A DNA stretch of 64,000 nt from Desulfurellaceae bacterium (lineage in GTDB: Bacteria > Desulfobacterota > Binatia > Bin18): the NCBI GenBank assembly GCA_021296095.1, contig JAGWBB010000001.1, positions 20,116-84,115 of the forward strand, read 5' to 3'. Under the pieces are notes generated by a model. That model searched no databases. It was given only the letters and a program-made list of their open reading frames with translations, and was not told the DNA's origin. Positions 59,391 through 64,000 of this stretch are shown one piece after another. The position numbers and the translations under genes were made by a program. The first letter of the stretch is position 1. Each line of letters begins with the position of its first letter.

Positions 59391-60386
59391 TCAATTCACG
59401 GGCCGCGTCTCCGAAACGCCCATCGCCCCCAGCAAGGCCCGCATATCCGGCGGATAGGGGGCGCGGATCGTCATCATCCGCCCCTGGACGGGATGGGAAA
59501 ACCGGATCGCCTCGGCGTGTAAGGCCTGACGCCCAAAGGTCTGCGCCACGGCCGGTGCTCCACGCAGTCTGGCCTGAGCCGGACCATACACCTGATCCCC
59601 GACGAGCGGATGGCCAAGCGCCGCCATATGCACCCGCAGCTGGTGGGTGCGGCCAGTTGTGGGGAACAGACGGACAAAGGACAGCCCCTGGGCCTCGGCC
59701 ACAACCTGGTAACGGCTCAGCGCAGCCCGACTGTGACGGGCATGCACGGACATCTTCTTCCGGTCGGTCGGGTGGCGGCCAATCGGCAGCTCGATCCGTC
59801 CGGTCTGGGCTCGGAAGCGTCCCACCGCGACAGCCCCATAGGTCTTGTGGACCTGACGCGCCCGGAACTGGCGGGCGAGGTGCTCGGCACTGCCCTCGTC
59901 CTTGGCCACGAGCAGGACCCCTGAGGTGTCTTTGTCCAGACGGTGCAGAATGCCGGGCCGCAGCGAGTGGCCGGAATCGCGCCAGCCCCAGCGGAACAAC
60001 AGCGCGTTCACGACCGTCCCCTGCCACTGTCCGGGCGCGGGATGGACGACCATGGCCGGAGGTTTGTTGATCGCCAGGAGAACCTCATCCTCATACAAGA
60101 CGTCCAGGGGAATAGCCTGGGGAGCCGCCAGCGGCGGCGCTGCGAGCAGGGGCTCAATACACAGCGTGTCGTCGACCCGGACGCAGTAGCCAGCTTTTTT
60201 TGGCTGGCCGTTGACCAGCACCCGGGCCTGATCGATCAACACCTTGGCCTGCGAGCGGGTAGCGGCGATGACGCTGGAGACAACCCGATCCAAACGCTGG
60301 CCGCCGTGCTCTGCCGAGATCACAAACCGTCGCGGCGAATCGACACCGCTCACCTGTCCCGGCCGGAATGCTGCTTGCCCAGCCAT
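59391..60386 (-). CDS. rluD: RluA-family 23S rRNA pseudouridine synthase (RluD-like, S4 + catalytic domain)
   Basis: S4 'RLDRVVSSVIA...'; catalytic 'HRLDKDTSGVLLVAKD'. Confidence 0.8.
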   Translation of the reverse strand: MAGQAAFRPGQVSGVDSPRRFVISAEHGGQRLDRVVSSVIAATRSQAKVLIDQARVLVNGQPKKAGYCVRVDDTLCIEPLLAAPPLAAPQAIPLDVLYEDEVLLAINKPPAMVVHPAPGQWQGTVVNALLFRWGWRDSGHSLRPGILHRLDKDTSGVLLVAKDEGSAEHLARQFRARQVHKTYGAVAVGRFRAQTGRIELPIGRHPTDRKKMSVHARHSRAALSRYQVVAEAQGLSFVRLFPTTGRTHQLRVHMAALGHPLVGDQVYGPAQARLRGAPAVAQTFGRQALHAEAIRFSHPVQGRMMTIRAPYPPDMRALLGAMGVSETRPVN

Positions 60387-60404
60387 GCGACCGTCTATAC
60401 CTCC

Positions 60405-61328
60405 TCACCGGCCCAAGAGGGTACGCGCACGCTCGGCATCCTCTCGGATTTGCCTGACCAAGTCTGGCACGGAGGGAAACTTTCTTTCTCCTCGCAGCCG
60501 GGCAACAAAGCCGACCCGCAGCCTCTGGCCGTAGATGTCCGCCGAGAAATCAAAGATATGGGCCTCAACCGTCCGCGCATTGTGGCCGAAGGTCGGGTTG
60601 ACTCCGACATTGGCTACGCCAGCCAGTCGGGTCTGCTGGCCCACCTCGATCCGTACCGCGTAGACGCCGTCAGGCAGCAGCAGATCGGCCCGGGGCCGGA
60701 GATTGGCGGTCGGAAAGCCGATCGTGCGTCCACGCCGAAAGCCTTGTTGGACACGGCCGCTGACGGTGTAGGGGCGGCTCAGGAGCGCGGTGGCCCCGTC
60801 CAAATCGCCCGCGCTCAGCAGCGACCGAATGGCCGAACTGCTCACCGCCCGGTCCAGCACCCGGACCGGCCCGACCACCTCAACCCCAAAATCATGGCGC
60901 TGGCCCAGTCGCTCAAGCGCCTCGGCGCTGCCGCTACGGTCCCGGCCGAAGCTGAAGTTATGGCCGATGATGACGTGTTCGACGCCTATGGCCCGAACCA
61001 GATACTGGTCGACGAACTCCTCCGGGCTGAGGCGCGAAAAGGCGCGCGAAAAACGCTGGAGCACCACCCGCTGTACCCCCTGCTGGGCGAGGGAGTCTAA
61101 TTTCTCGCGCAGGCTCAGAATCAACGGCAGCGGGCGGGCGGGCCGCAGGACCGAAAGCGGATGGGGATGAAAGGTCACAACGAGTGCCGTTCCCCGACGC
61201 CGCTCGGCCTCCTGGACCAAACGGCGCAGAATCGTCTGGTGGCCGAGATGCACTCCGTCGAAGTTTCCCAGGCTCACGACTGGGTGGGGCAGACGGGGCT
61301 GGCGCAGGATATGCCGGATGATCTCCAT
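60405..61328 (-). CDS. ribF: bifunctional riboflavin kinase / FAD synthetase
   Basis: 'VSLGNFDGVHLGHQ' FAD-synthetase HxGH; C-terminal riboflavin-kinase 'PTANL...GVY' region. Confidence 0.85.
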   Translation of the reverse strand: MEIIRHILRQPRLPHPVVSLGNFDGVHLGHQTILRRLVQEAERRRGTALVVTFHPHPLSVLRPARPLPLILSLREKLDSLAQQGVQRVVLQRFSRAFSRLSPEEFVDQYLVRAIGVEHVIIGHNFSFGRDRSGSAEALERLGQRHDFGVEVVGPVRVLDRAVSSSAIRSLLSAGDLDGATALLSRPYTVSGRVQQGFRRGRTIGFPTANLRPRADLLLPDGVYAVRIEVGQQTRLAGVANVGVNPTFGHNARTVEAHIFDFSADIYGQRLRVGFVARLRGERKFPSVPDLVRQIREDAERARTLLGR

Positions 61329-61362
61329 GGGTGCTCGGGCAAACGACGGTGGGAGGACGGTA

Positions 61363-62160
61363 CTAGGGTTCCAGGGACTGGAGCAGGGATCTGGCTTTGG
61401 AGATGGCTGCAGAATCGGGATAGTCGTCCATCACCTTGCGCAGAATCAGACGGGGAGAGTTCCGATCCCCGATTTCGAGAAAGGCCTCGGCCTGGCGGAC
61501 CAAGGCGTCCGGCCGCCTATCGCCCTTCTCGTACTGGAGCACGACATCGTTCAGCGCCAGAATCGCTCGGTTGTAATCGCGCTGCATGAAATAGATCTCG
61601 CCGATCCAGTACAAGGCGTCGTCGGCCATGTCCGAGGCCGGATAGGTCCGTTGAAACGTCCGGAACTGTTGGACCGCCTGCTCGTAGTCTTGGGCACGCA
61701 GCAACTCGAGAGCCAGGGTATACTCCTGCTGTTCGCGGAGCATTTCGGGCGGCCGTTCGACCTCGTGGGCCGAAACGGGTGGGATATCGGGGTCCGGCGG
61801 CACTTCGTCGGACTGCGACAGAGACGAGGTGGCGACCGGACCCTGAGGCGGAAACGAGGGGCGGTTCCGCTCCGCCTGTTCCAGCCTGGCGATACGTTCC
61901 TCCATCTCCTGCAGGTCCTGCCGATCCTGAACCTGAGGCGTCGGGCGCTCGCGGGCGACGCGCTCAAGACGGTGCTGGACCGTCTCAAGCGTTCCCCTCA
62001 ACTCAGCCACCTCTCGACGCACATCGGTCACCGAGGCTTCCACATTGGCAATGCCGGTCCTTAAAACCTGACTGCCCTCCTGGGCACGCTGCACGTCATA
62101 CTGCGTCGCACAAGCGCCCAGGAGCGGCAGCAGCACGACAGAAAATCTGAGTCCCTTCAC
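61363..62160 (-). CDS. cpoB: Tol-Pal system protein CpoB/YbgF (coiled-coil + TPR)
   Basis: Signal peptide, long coiled coil, C-terminal TPR 'YTLALELLRAQDYEQAVQQFRTFQRTYP'; positioned immediately downstream of pal. Confidence 0.7.
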   Translation of the reverse strand: MKGLRFSVVLLPLLGACATQYDVQRAQEGSQVLRTGIANVEASVTDVRREVAELRGTLETVQHRLERVARERPTPQVQDRQDLQEMEERIARLEQAERNRPSFPPQGPVATSSLSQSDEVPPDPDIPPVSAHEVERPPEMLREQQEYTLALELLRAQDYEQAVQQFRTFQRTYPASDMADDALYWIGEIYFMQRDYNRAILALNDVVLQYEKGDRRPDALVRQAEAFLEIGDRNSPRLILRKVMDDYPDSAAISKARSLLQSLEP

Positions 62161-62163
62161 GAG

Positions 62164-62730
62164 TCACCGGCTAATGATCAGAAAGTGAGCCCGGCGGTTT
62201 TGCCGCCAACACGCCTCTGAGTCCTCAGCGCACAGAGGAGCTTCCTCTCCATAGCTGATGGTCGACAGCCTATCCGAGGCAACGCCCAGAGAGACAAGGT
62301 AATCATAGGCCGACCGCGCCCGCTCGGAGCCGAGGGCCAGATTGTATTCCACGGTTCCCCGATTGTCACAGTGGCCCTCAATCTCAACCCGGGCCGTCGG
62401 ATTCCTGCGCAGCCAGTCTGCATTGGTCTGCAAGACTTCTCGGGCGGTCGGCGAGAGATCGAAGGCATCATAGTCAAAACGAATATCCTGCAACTCCCCG
62501 CCAGCCTGAGGTCCATCCGCAATCATCGTCTCCGTCCTCCTACCAGGGTCGGACAAGGGATCCTCGTCGGGTGCGGTGCCCATGTCAAATCCGGACTGTT
62601 GAGGAGACTGCGGGAGAGTTGGTGGAGAGTCGGGCGTGCGGGGGGACTGTCGAGCTGGACACGCGCTGAGGAACACTATAACAAGCAGGCTGCAACCCAC
62701 CCATCCACACCACCGAAAGAGGCTCTGCAT
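62164..62730 (-). CDS. pal: peptidoglycan-associated lipoprotein
   Basis: Lipobox 'FLSAC'; OmpA-like 'RVEIEGHCDNRGTVEYNLALGSERARS'. Confidence 0.85.
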   Translation of the reverse strand: MQSLFRWCGWVGCSLLVIVFLSACPARQSPRTPDSPPTLPQSPQQSGFDMGTAPDEDPLSDPGRRTETMIADGPQAGGELQDIRFDYDAFDLSPTAREVLQTNADWLRRNPTARVEIEGHCDNRGTVEYNLALGSERARSAYDYLVSLGVASDRLSTISYGEEAPLCAEDSEACWRQNRRAHFLIISR

Positions 62731-62782
62731 CGTTCTGCCCAGTCCTTATTGTTTGTTGCTGAATGTCACTGATTCGGTCCAC

Positions 62783-64000
62783 TCACTGGAGGCGAGCTGA
62801 CCATGTCGGACTAGTATCATCTCCCCCCCCAGCCGTCAATTGTTTGACGCTGCGGCCATCCTGACTGGCAATCCACAGCCGACCGTCCGCGCTCAACACC
62901 ACATAGCGCCCGTCTGGCGACCAGGAGGGATCCTCCCCAGCCGCCACAGTCCTCTCCCGGCCGGAGGCAATATCGGCGATTTTAACCCGCATCCCACGGG
63001 ATTGGCTCGTGTACGCAATCAGCCCACCCTTGGGCGACCAGGTCGGCGAGGTATTATACGCGCCCGAGAAAGTCACCCGCCGGATCTTTCCCGAAGCGAG
63101 ATCCAGCACATAAATTTGCGGTCCGCCGCTGCGACTCGAACAAAACGCCAGGCGACGTCCGTCTGGCGACCAGGCGGGCGAGACGTCAATGCCAGGGTTG
63201 GTCGTCAGACGGCGGAGCAGACGTCCCTGGGGAGAGAGGAGAAAAAGATCAATATTGCCGTTTCTTTCTCCGCTCACGGCGATGGTCTTCCCGTCTGGCG
63301 ACCACTGTCCGCTGTAGCCGATGGTTTGCGACAGCTGCCACTCCTTGCCGCTACGCAGTTCAAAGCGAAACGGATAGGGACCGCCCCGCTTGTACGAAAT
63401 ATAGAACAGATCGGTCGCTCCAGGATTCCAGTGCGGTGCCAGGATGAGGCTTCTCGCGTGAGTCAGCCGCTCGACCTCGGCTCCGGTCAAGTCGGTGACA
63501 TAGACTTCTTTGGCCCGCCCGCCGGCCCGGTTGGACACAAACGCGATTCTGGAGTTGAACGGACCTTCCTCACCGGTCAGGAGCAGCATCACATGGTCGG
63601 CGAAACGATGCGCCATTCTGCGTAGGTCCGCTCGCCGACCACGGTAGCGCTTGCCGCCCAGGTACCGACGCTGGGCAACGTCAAACAGACGCGCTTCGAC
63701 GGTCAGCGTGTCTCCTTCGAGCCACACGCTGCCCTTCATCAGGGCCAGCGCGCCCAGCACCGACCAGTGGCCAAAGTTGATCTCGGCCTCCACGACTCTG
63801 TCCGGCCCCTCAAGATAGGTCCCGCGGTCAATGACCCGGAACACGCCGGACAGGTCGAGGTCACGGGCAATGATATCAGAGAAGGCCACTCCCAGACCCT
63901 GGTCGGAACCCGCTGGCTGCGGGGACAGAGGCGAGAGCGCAATCGGCAGCCCTGCCCCGCCCGGTTCGGGTACAGTGATTTCGATCTGGGCCTGGATCGG
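62783..64000 (-). CDS. tolB: Tol-Pal system beta-propeller protein TolB (5' end beyond the window)
   Basis: WD-like 'SPDG' blades; the reading frame stays open upstream of the track's GTG (63889) to the window edge with a TolB-like N-terminal domain ('...IEITVPEPGGAGLPIALSP...AFSDIIARDLDLSGVF'). Confidence 0.85.
   Translation of the reverse strand, partial: PIQAQIEITVPEPGGAGLPIALSPLSPQPAGSDQGLGVAFSDIIARDLDLSGVFRVIDRGTYLEGPDRVVEAEINFGHWSVLGALALMKGSVWLEGDTLTVEARLFDVAQRRYLGGKRYRGRRADLRRMAHRFADHVMLLLTGEEGPFNSRIAFVSNRAGGRAKEVYVTDLTGAEVERLTHARSLILAPHWNPGATDLFYISYKRGGPYPFRFELRSGKEWQLSQTIGYSGQWSPDGKTIAVSGERNGNIDLFLLSPQGRLLRRLTTNPGIDVSPAWSPDGRRLAFCSSRSGGPQIYVLDLASGKIRRVTFSGAYNTSPTWSPKGGLIAYTSQSRGMRVKIADIASGRERTVAAGEDPSWSPDGRYVVLSADGRLWIASQDGRSVKQLTAGGGDDTSPTWSARLQ

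Overview
This is a high-GC (~65% by eye) Gram-negative bacterial chromosomal segment. Most long reverse-frame ORFs in the track are GC-driven artefacts that overlap genes with clear homology. Clear housekeeping blocks are: rpsB-tsf-pyrH-frr-uppS-cdsA-rseP, tsaB, sucCD, rlmN-ndk, lepA-lepB, rho, rluD-ribF, and a Tol-Pal tail (cpoB-pal-tolB, with tolB running off the window end). Also present are a metY-metX-metW methionine operon, a ugd-uxs-epimerase-GT2 UDP-sugar cluster, and a radical-SAM/DUF2344 fusion next to RNase E/G. Five things stand out. (1) An in-frame TGA at 6249-6251 joins two adjacent ORFs into a 174-aa selenoprotein with a 'U-G-S-C' motif, and a perfect hairpin sits 11 nt downstream (bacterial SECIS-like); it lies in a three-gene operon with an unknown 353-aa protein and a TetR regulator. 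(2) A roughly 2.1-kb low-GC island (13742-15840) carries an OLD/AAA_21-type ABC ATPase and a PIN-domain protein, bracketed by an Uma2 endonuclease and an HNH endonuclease; this is a candidate uncharacterised defence or toxin module. (3) Diverging from the metYXW promoter region is a sulfur-trafficking cluster: a DsrE-like protein, a TusA-like domain fused to a core-MetE-like zinc methyltransferase, and a sulfite-oxidase-like molybdopterin domain. (4) A short palindromic intergenic repeat family (core GTGAACGATGATC) occurs at three minus-strand gene junctions. (5) An ECF sigma/anti-sigma/Spy-like envelope-stress module, and a dynamin-like GTPase next to an RND/MMPL exporter. Coordinates that I derived by hand (trimmed starts, motifs) may be off by 1-2 nt.
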